Source: Candidatus Rifleibacteriota bacterium
GTDB lineage: Bacteria; Muiribacteriota; Ozemobacteria; Ozemobacterales; Ozemobacteraceae
Direction: 5' to 3'
DNA: 64,000 nt
NCBI GenBank assembly: GCA_012517355.1
Contig: JAAYVD010000172.1
Location: forward strand, 64,081-128,080
Part shown: in pieces, positions 45,707 through 53,113 of the stretch
Numbering within the stretch: position 1 is the first letter of the stretch
How the letters are laid out: every line of letters begins with the position of its first letter
Notes under the pieces: generated by a model
Databases searched by the model: none
What the model saw: the letters and a program-made list of their open reading frames with translations, nothing else
What the model was told of the DNA's origin: nothing
Position numbers and translations under genes: made by a program

Positions 45707-45975
45707 GCCCCGCACCTCTGGTTCGGCCTCTCGTCCCCGGCCTTCCGGGAAGGGATGGCAGGGTTCCTCCCGCCCGCGGAATGTCCGGATCCGAACGACG
45801 CTGGAATTTTGACACGGCGGGCAGCCACCCGGTTTCCGCCCCGCCGGGCAGCATGGGAAGAGGGTTTGACACCAGGCGGAGGCTTCCCGGCCGGCCGTTG
45901 GATTTTCGGCAGGGTTCCAGCCTGCTGCCGACCTGTTTCGCTCACCAGATCAGCGTTTCCACCCTCCGAAGTCCG

Positions 45976-45991
45976 TGGCACGGTTCCTGCT
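45976..45991 (+). promoter_or_regulatory. sigma54 (-24/-12) promoter
   Basis: TGGCACGGTTCCTGCT has exact GG-N10-GC spacing, 50 nt upstream of the ATG at 46042. Confidence 0.65.
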
Positions 45992-46041
45992 AGAAAAAAA
46001 CGCGTTCACAGGTTCGGAAACGCATGCAAGGGGGAGCTTCA

Positions 46042-46695
46042 ATGAAACGTCTGATCAGCCTGCTGGCCGTGGTCCTCTGCCTGTGCCTCGCCGCCTCGAC
46101 CGCTTATGCCTACAGCCGCTACGATCTGCAGCGCGCCGACCGCACCCGCGACCGCGGCGATTTCTTCGAAGCCCGCCGCCAATACAGCGCCATCGCCCGC
46201 GACTACTACACCGAGCAGTTTCTCCGCCGCCAGGCCGGGTACTTCCTCGGCTTCTGCAGCGTCCGCCTGAACGAGCCCTACAATGCCATCAGCGACTACC
46301 GCTGGTTCCTGCGTGAGTTCGACAACGGCAACACCACCCTGATCCCCGATGCCCTCTACGTCCTCGGCCGCACCTACGAGACCGTCGACAACGTCCGCGA
46401 CGCCAAGTGGTGCTATCGGGAATGCATCCGCCGGTTCTCCTACGGCGAGTTCCCCCAGAAGTCCCGCGAACGCCTGAACTACCTCGAGGGCGGCTACAAT
46501 CACGGCGGGTACACCCACGGCGGGTACGGCCCCCACTACTCGATGGAAGCCGCCCCGGCCGCCGCGGCTGCCCCCGCCGCCCCGGCCCGCGCCCTGAGCG
46601 CCACCGACCCGTTCGATGGCTTCCAGATGGACCTGCAGAGCGACAAGGTCGAAGCCCTGAAGGCCACCTTCGACAAGCTGCACGAGCGCCCCTGA
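46042..46695 (+). CDS. Exported TPR protein (CpoB/BamD-like TPR pattern)
   Basis: Signal peptide ending in AYA; AGYFLGFC, AI..YR.FL..F, PDALYVLG..YE and Y..CI..F motifs. Confidence 0.8.
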   Translation: MKRLISLLAVVLCLCLAASTAYAYSRYDLQRADRTRDRGDFFEARRQYSAIARDYYTEQFLRRQAGYFLGFCSVRLNEPYNAISDYRWFLREFDNGNTTLIPDALYVLGRTYETVDNVRDAKWCYRECIRRFSYGEFPQKSRERLNYLEGGYNHGGYTHGGYGPHYSMEAAPAAAAAPAAPARALSATDPFDGFQMDLQSDKVEALKATFDKLHERP

Positions 46696-46722
46696 TCCCC
46701 GATCAGATACCGATCTCCGACG

Positions 46723-46756
46723 ACCATGGAGCCCGCTTGGGTTCCATGGTTTTTTT
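46723..46756 (+). terminator. Intrinsic terminator
   Basis: ACCATGGAGCCC-GCTT-GGGTTCCATGGT followed by a T-run. Confidence 0.85.
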
Positions 46757-46842
46757 CTGGTAGAATGGAAACGGGTCCCGCGAGGGGAACCGGGCCCCAG
46801 CGGGAAGGAAACAGCCTGCCGCCGAAATGCCCCCCGCGGACG

Positions 46843-47694
46843 ATGCAGATGGAGATGAAGAAGAACATTCGCTGGAACATCCTGGCCGGGGCGGTCCTGG
46901 CCATCCTCTTCAGCCTGTCGCCCGTCGGGGAATCCTTCGCCGGAACCCCCACCGAGGCCGACCTGGTCCGGGCGACCGCCCTCCGTACCTCCCGGAAATA
47001 CGTCGAGGCGAGGTCGCTGTATGCTGCCATCGCCCACAACGCCTCGGCGCCCGCCCCCCTCCGCCAGGAAGCCGGCTACTGGATGGGCTTCTGCAATGTC
47101 GTGTCCGGCTCCTTCCTCGGGGCCATCCGCGACTTCCGGTGGTTCCTCGACGCCTTCCCCGGCGAGAAGACCCGCTACCTTGCCGATACCCTCTACGTCC
47201 TGGCCCGGACCTACGAAGTCGTTGGCCAGCCGGGGCCCGCCGCCTACTACTACCGGCAGTGCCTTCGCAGCAAGGCCGCCCAGGGAACCTCCTTCCCGGC
47301 CAAGGCCCGCGAGGGTCTGGCCCGGGTCACCGCCATGCTCGACATCGAAGCCCGCCAGAAGCGGAACGACCCCCTGTTCGGCCAGGACCCCGCGAGCGCT
47401 TCGGCCCCCCTGTTCGATCCCTACACCCGCCGCCCCCTGACTCGTGACCAATACACCCGCATCCGCACCTTCCTCGACCGGGTGGGCGCCAACATGCCCC
47501 TGGACGCCGCCCTGCAGGAGCTGCCCCCTGAGGACCAGCAACTCGAACTGGTCAAACGCCTGGTGGCCCAGCTTCGTGCCCAGAAAGCCCGTCAGAGTGC
47601 CGTTCCCGGCCGGTCCAAGCCGGTCCCACCCAAACCCGGAACGAAAAAAAATGCCGAAAAAGGAAAACCACCCCCGTCCGGGGGAGTAAAATAA
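46843..47694 (+). CDS. Exported TPR protein, paralog of the upstream gene (start uncertain, 46843-46855)
   Basis: Shares EAR..Y.AIA, LR..AGY..GFC, AI.D.RWFL..F and D.LYVL.RTYE.V with the 46042 gene. Confidence 0.8.
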   Translation: MQMEMKKNIRWNILAGAVLAILFSLSPVGESFAGTPTEADLVRATALRTSRKYVEARSLYAAIAHNASAPAPLRQEAGYWMGFCNVVSGSFLGAIRDFRWFLDAFPGEKTRYLADTLYVLARTYEVVGQPGPAAYYYRQCLRSKAAQGTSFPAKAREGLARVTAMLDIEARQKRNDPLFGQDPASASAPLFDPYTRRPLTRDQYTRIRTFLDRVGANMPLDAALQELPPEDQQLELVKRLVAQLRAQKARQSAVPGRSKPVPPKPGTKKNAEKGKPPPSGGVK

Positions 47695-47723
47695 ATGGAA
47701 GAATTTCAATTGGAGGGTTGGTC

Positions 47724-48866
47724 ATGAGAATCCGTTATCTGGGTTTCCTGGTCCTTTTCGCCGCTGCGGCCGTGATCCTGACCGGTTGTGGCAACGATCC
47801 CGACAAGAACTTCCAGAAAGGGAAGTATGCCGAGGCCTACCCCGAGTTCATCAAGCGGGCCGGCACCAACGAGGTGGCCCTGAAGAACGAAGTCGCCAAC
47901 GGCACCTTCGATTCCCGGCAGAAAGCCGGCAACCAGGCCCTCCATGACCTCTACTACGCGGCCGAATGCCAGAAGCGGCTCGGCAACACCCAGGAAGCCG
48001 CCACCCTTTTCCAGCGCGTGGTGGGCCTGAGCCAGTACCAGATCCGCATCCCCCAGGACCGCAGCGCCATCCTGAAGGACGGGCTGTCCAGCCTGCTGAG
48101 CGCCGCCCGCGAGGTCCGTCGCCAGGAGGTCAGCTACGGCCAGGCCCTCGAAGACTGGGAGAACGACCAGTCCTCCGGCAACACCGACCCCTACGACAAC
48201 GGTGGCTCCAATACCGATCCGTATGACAACGGTGGCTCCAATACCGATCCGTATGACAACGGTGGCTCCAACACCGACCCCTACAGCAACGGTGGCTCCA
48301 ACACCGACCCCTACAGCAACGGCGGCTCCAATACCGACCCCTACAACAGCCGCACCACCAACAACGTCGCCAAGGCCGCCTCGACCGCCGAGGCCCCCAG
48401 CCGGTTCTGGCTCGACAACGCCGTCTCCACCCTGCGCAGCCGGCAGCGCGACTTCGAAAAGAAACTCTACGAGACCACCCCGCAGCAGGTTCCCGACATC
48501 GCCAAGGTCAAGGCCGAATACGACAAGTTCTCCCGCCTCCTCGACAACTACATGTCGTATGCCTCCCCCGGCGGCATCTTCTTCCGGCCCGACTCCCTGT
48601 TCTCCCAGATGGCCTGGCAGTCCTTCGAGTCCGGCGCCGACTCCCTGCAGCGCGTGACCTACGCCGCCCAGGGCAACATCACCTACATCAGCCAGCCCCT
48701 GCAGCTGAAGGAACCCCAGTTGGTCGAAGCCGCCAAGGCCGCCCTCCAGAGCATGGGCCAGGCCTCCGCCCCCGCGACCCCGGCCAGCCCCGCCGGTGCC
48801 CAGAGCACCTCCGGCACCACCGGCGTCACCGTCAACACCGAAGGCAACAGTCCCTTCGGCCAGTAA
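47724..48866 (+). CDS. Lipoprotein with TPR-like N-terminus and 10-aa tandem repeats
   Basis: Lipobox ILTG-C; GGAGG RBS; NTDPY(D/S)NGGS repeats. Confidence 0.85.
   Translation: MRIRYLGFLVLFAAAAVILTGCGNDPDKNFQKGKYAEAYPEFIKRAGTNEVALKNEVANGTFDSRQKAGNQALHDLYYAAECQKRLGNTQEAATLFQRVVGLSQYQIRIPQDRSAILKDGLSSLLSAAREVRRQEVSYGQALEDWENDQSSGNTDPYDNGGSNTDPYDNGGSNTDPYDNGGSNTDPYSNGGSNTDPYSNGGSNTDPYNSRTTNNVAKAASTAEAPSRFWLDNAVSTLRSRQRDFEKKLYETTPQQVPDIAKVKAEYDKFSRLLDNYMSYASPGGIFFRPDSLFSQMAWQSFESGADSLQRVTYAAQGNITYISQPLQLKEPQLVEAAKAALQSMGQASAPATPASPAGAQSTSGTTGVTVNTEGNSPFGQ
48180..48350 (+). repeat. In-frame 30-bp tandem repeat, ~6 units (NTDPYxNGGS)
   Basis: AA(C/T)ACCGA(C/T)CC(C/G)TA recurs every 30 nt. Confidence 0.93.
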
Positions 48867-49129
48867 CCGGCCAGATCCTCTGGGGGCAGCCCGTCAGTCG
48901 CCCTCAGGAAGAGTTCCCGCAAGAGCCCTCCGGCCCCTCCGGGGGGCTCCTGCGTTGCGGGCGCTTTATCGGGCGCCTTCCCGGGCGGCTCCGGCCCGGT
49001 GGAAGGCTGGTGGGGGGGGCACGCCCAAAAGGGTTCCTGTGGGCCCCCCGCGGGCCAGGCTTCCCTCGCCCCCCACGCGGCACCGTGTCCCCGCCGCGGC
49101 AGGCGCCAACGGGTGTCTGGCCGGCCTCT

Positions 49130-49483
49130 GGTCGGTCGTCGAGCCCTCGGCGCCCCTTCTGGTCGGCGGATCGGTCGTCGAGGTCTTGGCGCAGCTTCGG
49201 GTCGGCGCCCGGTCGTCGAGTCTCAGCGCTCTTTCTCTACCGTCCGGTCCAGGGCTAACGGACCGCGAAGCGGAGCTTCCGCGAGGTGGACGCGTCAGCG
49301 TTCTCCTCGCCAGCAGAAAGGGTCCAGGGCCATCGGCCCTGGTGGAGTGAAGTGGCAAAGCCCCTTCGGCAAGCCTTTATGCGGATCATTGCTCTTTCTG
49401 GTCGCCGTTTCGGTGGTCGAGGCCTCGGAGCCCCTTCCGTCGCCGTTTCGGTGGTCGAGCCGTCAGCGCCCCTTCTGGTCGGC
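49130..49483. repeat. Degenerate ~38-bp tandem array (5 units); the last unit overlaps the 3' end of the DUF6485-like gene
   Basis: Consensus GGT(C/G)GTCGAG....C(A/G)GCGCCCCTTCTGGTCG(G/C)CG; unit 3 is split by the family-A element. Confidence 0.7.
49237..49390 (-). mobile_element. 154-bp family-A element (copy 2) flanked by 9-bp direct repeat GCTCTTTCT
   Basis: Reverse complement of 12258-12411 with few substitutions; direct repeat at 49228-49236 and 49391-49399. Confidence 0.82.
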
Positions 49484-49666
49484 GATGAAGGCGGCGATGG
49501 TCCGATCGTAGGTCCGCTCGCCCTTGGGCGAGAAGAAACACCCCGGCACTTCGCCGTTCATGCGATGATACGCCACGCACTCGCAGCAGATCCCCTTCCG
49601 CGAGCACGGATCGTGGGTGCAGGTGCACCGCCCCCCGTTCTTGGCTTTGCATTCGGCATTCGACAT
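49463..49666 (-). CDS. Small Cys-rich protein, DUF6485-like
   Basis: CTCT..PCSRKGICCECVAYH...GEVPGCFF....ERTYDR motif; AGGAGG RBS. Confidence 0.8.
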   Translation of the reverse strand: MSNAECKAKNGGRCTCTHDPCSRKGICCECVAYHRMNGEVPGCFFSPKGERTYDRTIAAFIADQKGR

Positions 49667-49791
49667 ACAACCCTCCTGAAAATGGGTGCCCGAATTCCGC
49701 GGTCTTCAACGAATCCGTTCGAACGGCCATCGACGTCCGCAAAGCGGGCCTGTTGCTTGGGGAACGCGGAACCGTTTCCCAAGCCCGAAAC

Positions 49792-49851
49792 AAGGGTCCA
49801 GGGCCATTGGCCCCGGTGGGGTGAAGAGACAAAGTCCCTTCCGAAAGCCTT
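49792..49851 (-). repeat. Partial, more diverged family-A copy (copy 3)
   Basis: Reverse complement AAGGCTTTCGGAAGGGACTTTGTCTCTTCACCCCACCGGGGCCAATGGCCCTGGACCCTT aligns with 12271-12330. Confidence 0.75.
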
Positions 49852-49959
49852 GAGGCAGAAAACGGTTCCCCCGGACCATTTTTCTGAGGCCCTCCAGATG
49901 CGGCTTTCCGTTGGCCAAGGGGCTCATCCGCTTCGGTCTCCTCCTTCCCGGTTCCCTGC

Positions 49960-51657
49960 CTACCGGTTCTCGTAGGCCCTGACGACGAAGACCCCCGTAG
50001 CCGTGCCGGGAAGGGGGCACTTGTGCTCGCAGATGCCGCATCCGATGCAACGTTCGGGGACCACGTAGGGGAATTTCACCTTCCGGCGGCTGCCGTCGGG
50101 CAGGTCGACCTCCCGCTCGTGGGTCTGGATCGCCTTTTCCGGCAGCGGACAGTGCTCCTCGCAAACCAGGCAGTCGGTCAGCTTCGCATAGGGAATGCAG
50201 TGGTTCTTGTTGAAGCAGGCCTGCCCCATGACGGTCTTCTGCTTCTCGGCTTCCGGCAGCCGCTTGATCGCGCCGGTCGGGCACACCTGGCCGCACAGGT
50301 TGCAGTTGTACTCGCAGTAACCGGCCTTCATGTGGGCCCGTGGCGTCCACAGGCGGGGGAAACCCGCCTCGAACCCGGCCGGCTGCAGGCAGCCCCCGTT
50401 CGAGGAACAGACCCGCACGCAGGCCAGGCACCGGATGCACCGCTCGAGGAAGGCCGGTTCCGGCAACGCTCCGGGCGGCCGGATCAGCTGGCTGGAAACC
50501 CGCGGGTCGTCGAGGGCCACCCGCGCCCCACCGGCCGCCAGAAGCCCCCCTGCCGCCGCCTGCAGCAGCCGGCGACGGGTCAGGTCGACGGGAGTGACCG
50601 CGGCGAACCCCAGCGGCACGGTCGGCACGGGCATTCCTTCCGGCCACGGGGCCCAGCCGGGGACGAACCCGATGGCCCGCAGGCCGACGGGGCAATGGTC
50701 GAGGCAGTCGAGGCAGAGGGTGCATTCGCCCCGCGCCGTCGCCGTCACGTCATCATCGGGGATCGCCCCCATCGGGCACCGGCGCGAGCACTGGCGGCAC
50801 TGCACGCACGACGAGTCGACCTGCCGGCGCACCCCCCGGAACCGGGAACACAGGGCCAGCAGCGCTCCGGCGGGGCAGAGGGTCCGGCACCAGAAGCGGC
50901 GCGTCACCCACTCGGTGGCCAGCAGCCCGAGGAAGAAGACGGCGGTGAACCAGAAGAAGGCCGGCTCGGTCTGCCCCTCGGGCATGACCCAGCCCCGCAG
51001 CGAGCGCCGCAGGGTTCCGGCCAGGCCGCCGGCGCCGGGAACCAGCTCGAGCAGACCCGCCACGCCCTGGGCGGCCCAGGTGCCGAGAGGGAACAGGACC
51101 ACCGTCATGCCGCGGTTGGCGACCGCCAGAGGGTCGAAGAAGAACCAGGCGTGCAGCCCCGCCACGGCGGCGGCGACCACCGCCGCCAGCACCAGGAACT
51201 TTCCCGCCGGCCAGCTCCGGGCCTGGGCGCCCTGCCGTGCCTGGTCGGCCGGGGCGAGCCGTTCCCCGACCAGGTCGAGCATCGCCCCCAACGGGCAGAC
51301 CCAGCTGCAGAAAAAGCGGCCCAGCAACGGGGTCAGCGCCAGCACCACCAGGCCGGGCCACCAGGCCCATGGCACGGCCCGGTCGGCCGCCCCGAAGAAC
51401 AGGGGGGCGAGCGGGCTGGTGCGCAACAGCAGGTCGGGAGCGGGTGACGGGTGGAAGGGATATCGCATCCGCACGAACAACACCACGAAGGCGACCAGGA
51501 AAACCGCCTGGACCAGGCGTCGCCCGCCGGGCATTCCCGGCCAGCGCAGCCACGGCACCAACCCCGCCAGGCGGGTCACCAGCCGGGCCAGCCACGGCAC
51601 CCGTTCAGCCAAACCGTTCGGCCCCTGGCGCGCCTCTCCTTCTCCGGACCCGGCCAT
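49960..51657 (-). CDS. Membrane polyferredoxin (NapH/MauN-like TM region fused to MauM/NapG-like 4Fe-4S domain)
   Basis: GRFFCSWVCPLG, RFWCRTLCPAG, several CxxCxxCxxxCP motifs and IRPPGA..E..FLERCIRC. Confidence 0.88.
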   Translation of the reverse strand: MAGSGEGEARQGPNGLAERVPWLARLVTRLAGLVPWLRWPGMPGGRRLVQAVFLVAFVVLFVRMRYPFHPSPAPDLLLRTSPLAPLFFGAADRAVPWAWWPGLVVLALTPLLGRFFCSWVCPLGAMLDLVGERLAPADQARQGAQARSWPAGKFLVLAAVVAAAVAGLHAWFFFDPLAVANRGMTVVLFPLGTWAAQGVAGLLELVPGAGGLAGTLRRSLRGWVMPEGQTEPAFFWFTAVFFLGLLATEWVTRRFWCRTLCPAGALLALCSRFRGVRRQVDSSCVQCRQCSRRCPMGAIPDDDVTATARGECTLCLDCLDHCPVGLRAIGFVPGWAPWPEGMPVPTVPLGFAAVTPVDLTRRRLLQAAAGGLLAAGGARVALDDPRVSSQLIRPPGALPEPAFLERCIRCLACVRVCSSNGGCLQPAGFEAGFPRLWTPRAHMKAGYCEYNCNLCGQVCPTGAIKRLPEAEKQKTVMGQACFNKNHCIPYAKLTDCLVCEEHCPLPEKAIQTHEREVDLPDGSRRKVKFPYVVPERCIGCGICEHKCPLPGTATGVFVVRAYENR

Positions 51658-51661
51658 GGGT

Positions 51662-52615
51662 TCAGGACAGGGACAGCTTCTTGACGTTCAGGCGGGCGGG
51701 GTCGAACTTGAACATCTTGCGGTTGACCGCCTCCTGCAGGTAGGGCAGGTCGCCGACCTGGAGGCCGAACAGCGGGAGCGCCGTGAGGTCGGCCGACACG
51801 GTGCAGGGGCTCATGATCAGGGTTTTGGCGAGTTTCACGTCGGCCGGGTTGCCGCCTGAGGGGCCGTTGTTCATCAGCAGGCGATAGGCATCGATGATGG
51901 TCAGGGTGGGCAGGATCTCGCCGGCGATGTCATTCAGCTTCTTGTCGAACGGGTTGTGGATCTGCCCTCGCTGGCCGCCCATCACGCCCATGAGATTCTT
52001 CAGGCCCAGCGTCACGCGGGCGAGCCCGTGGTGCTTGGCGATGGGAACGTTGATGACCTTGTCGGCCTCGAGATAGTCCTGGTAGATGTCCCAGGATTTC
52101 ACGGCCTCGCCGTTTTTCAGACCGATCGTCTTGAAGCGCGACTCGTCGATCTGGCTCACCTCCGCCCCGGCGCCGGCGGCGGCCGCCTCGATCCCGCTGT
52201 TGGCGTAGCAGCGCAGCGGGTTGTTGCAGGTGCGGTCGAACACCTTGACCACCTTGGCACCCGCGTTGAGGCATTCCTTCACGACCTCGGCCACCAGGTC
52301 GGGGTTGGTGTTGCCGGCCAGCTCGGGCGGGCGGTCCCAGCCGATGTTGGGCTTGACCACGACGACGTCGCCGCGGCTGACGAACTTCCCCATCCCGCCC
52401 ATTTCCTTCAGGGCGGCCTGCAACAGCGCAACGGGTTCGCCGTTCTCGACCAGGACCACCTCGGGAGCGCCGGTGGTGGCGGCGGCCGGGCCTGAGGCCT
52501 GGCCCGTGGCGGCATCCTGGGCCCGGGTGGGGGAGATCGCTCCCGGGACCAGGGAACCCAGGCCGGCGGCGGCCAGGGCGCCTCCCGTCATCTTGAGGAA
52601 TGCACGTCGTTTCAT
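51662..52615 (-). CDS. Tat-exported DUF362-domain protein
   Basis: Twin-arginine signal MKRRAFLK; VKPNIGW, TNP, DRTC and INVPIAKHH...TLGLKNLMG motifs. Confidence 0.88.
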   Translation of the reverse strand: MKRRAFLKMTGGALAAAGLGSLVPGAISPTRAQDAATGQASGPAAATTGAPEVVLVENGEPVALLQAALKEMGGMGKFVSRGDVVVVKPNIGWDRPPELAGNTNPDLVAEVVKECLNAGAKVVKVFDRTCNNPLRCYANSGIEAAAAGAGAEVSQIDESRFKTIGLKNGEAVKSWDIYQDYLEADKVINVPIAKHHGLARVTLGLKNLMGVMGGQRGQIHNPFDKKLNDIAGEILPTLTIIDAYRLLMNNGPSGGNPADVKLAKTLIMSPCTVSADLTALPLFGLQVGDLPYLQEAVNRKMFKFDPARLNVKKLSLS

Positions 52616-52675
52616 GGCGGTTTCCTTTCCCGGCGGCCTGTCGCCTCACGCGCGCCGGTTTGGTTTCGATGGTCC

Positions 52676-52704
52676 ATTATACCGGGCGGGGGGACGGGCC
52701 GCAA
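52676..52704 (-). promoter_or_regulatory. sigma70-type promoter
   Basis: TTGCGG-17nt-TATAAT on the minus strand. Confidence 0.6.
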
Positions 52705-53113
52705 ACGGCCGGCCAACGCCCCCGGATCCGTGCAAGAGGCACCGCATGTTCCTCAGATTTGACTTTGCCCCCCCCGCTCCAGCGGCAGTTGCGAACCCCC
52801 GGGCCCGCCCGACGGGGTGTGCTTGTCTGGTTTTCCCGGAACCATCGACAATCATGGGAGAGGGAATGGCCGGGCGGCCGAATGGGACGGGTGGACGCCA
52901 GGGCCGACCCGGGGGCAGGGGAGGGGTGGGCTCACGGGATTCCCGCTCCAAGATGCCTCGTCTGGCCGGTGGGGGAAGGTTTCCCGGTCGATTTCCGGGG
53001 GGGCCGGATCCCTGCCGGGAACCGCAAGGACCGCCACACGATCCAGGCGGGCTTTGCCTCAGGCCCGGGATGGATGTATCGTAAGCTCACCCGCCCCCGT
53101 GAAGGAGTCGCCC

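Noticed and set aside
48180..48350. Possible CRISPR array
   Set aside because: In-frame coding repeat with synonymous variation and no spacers.
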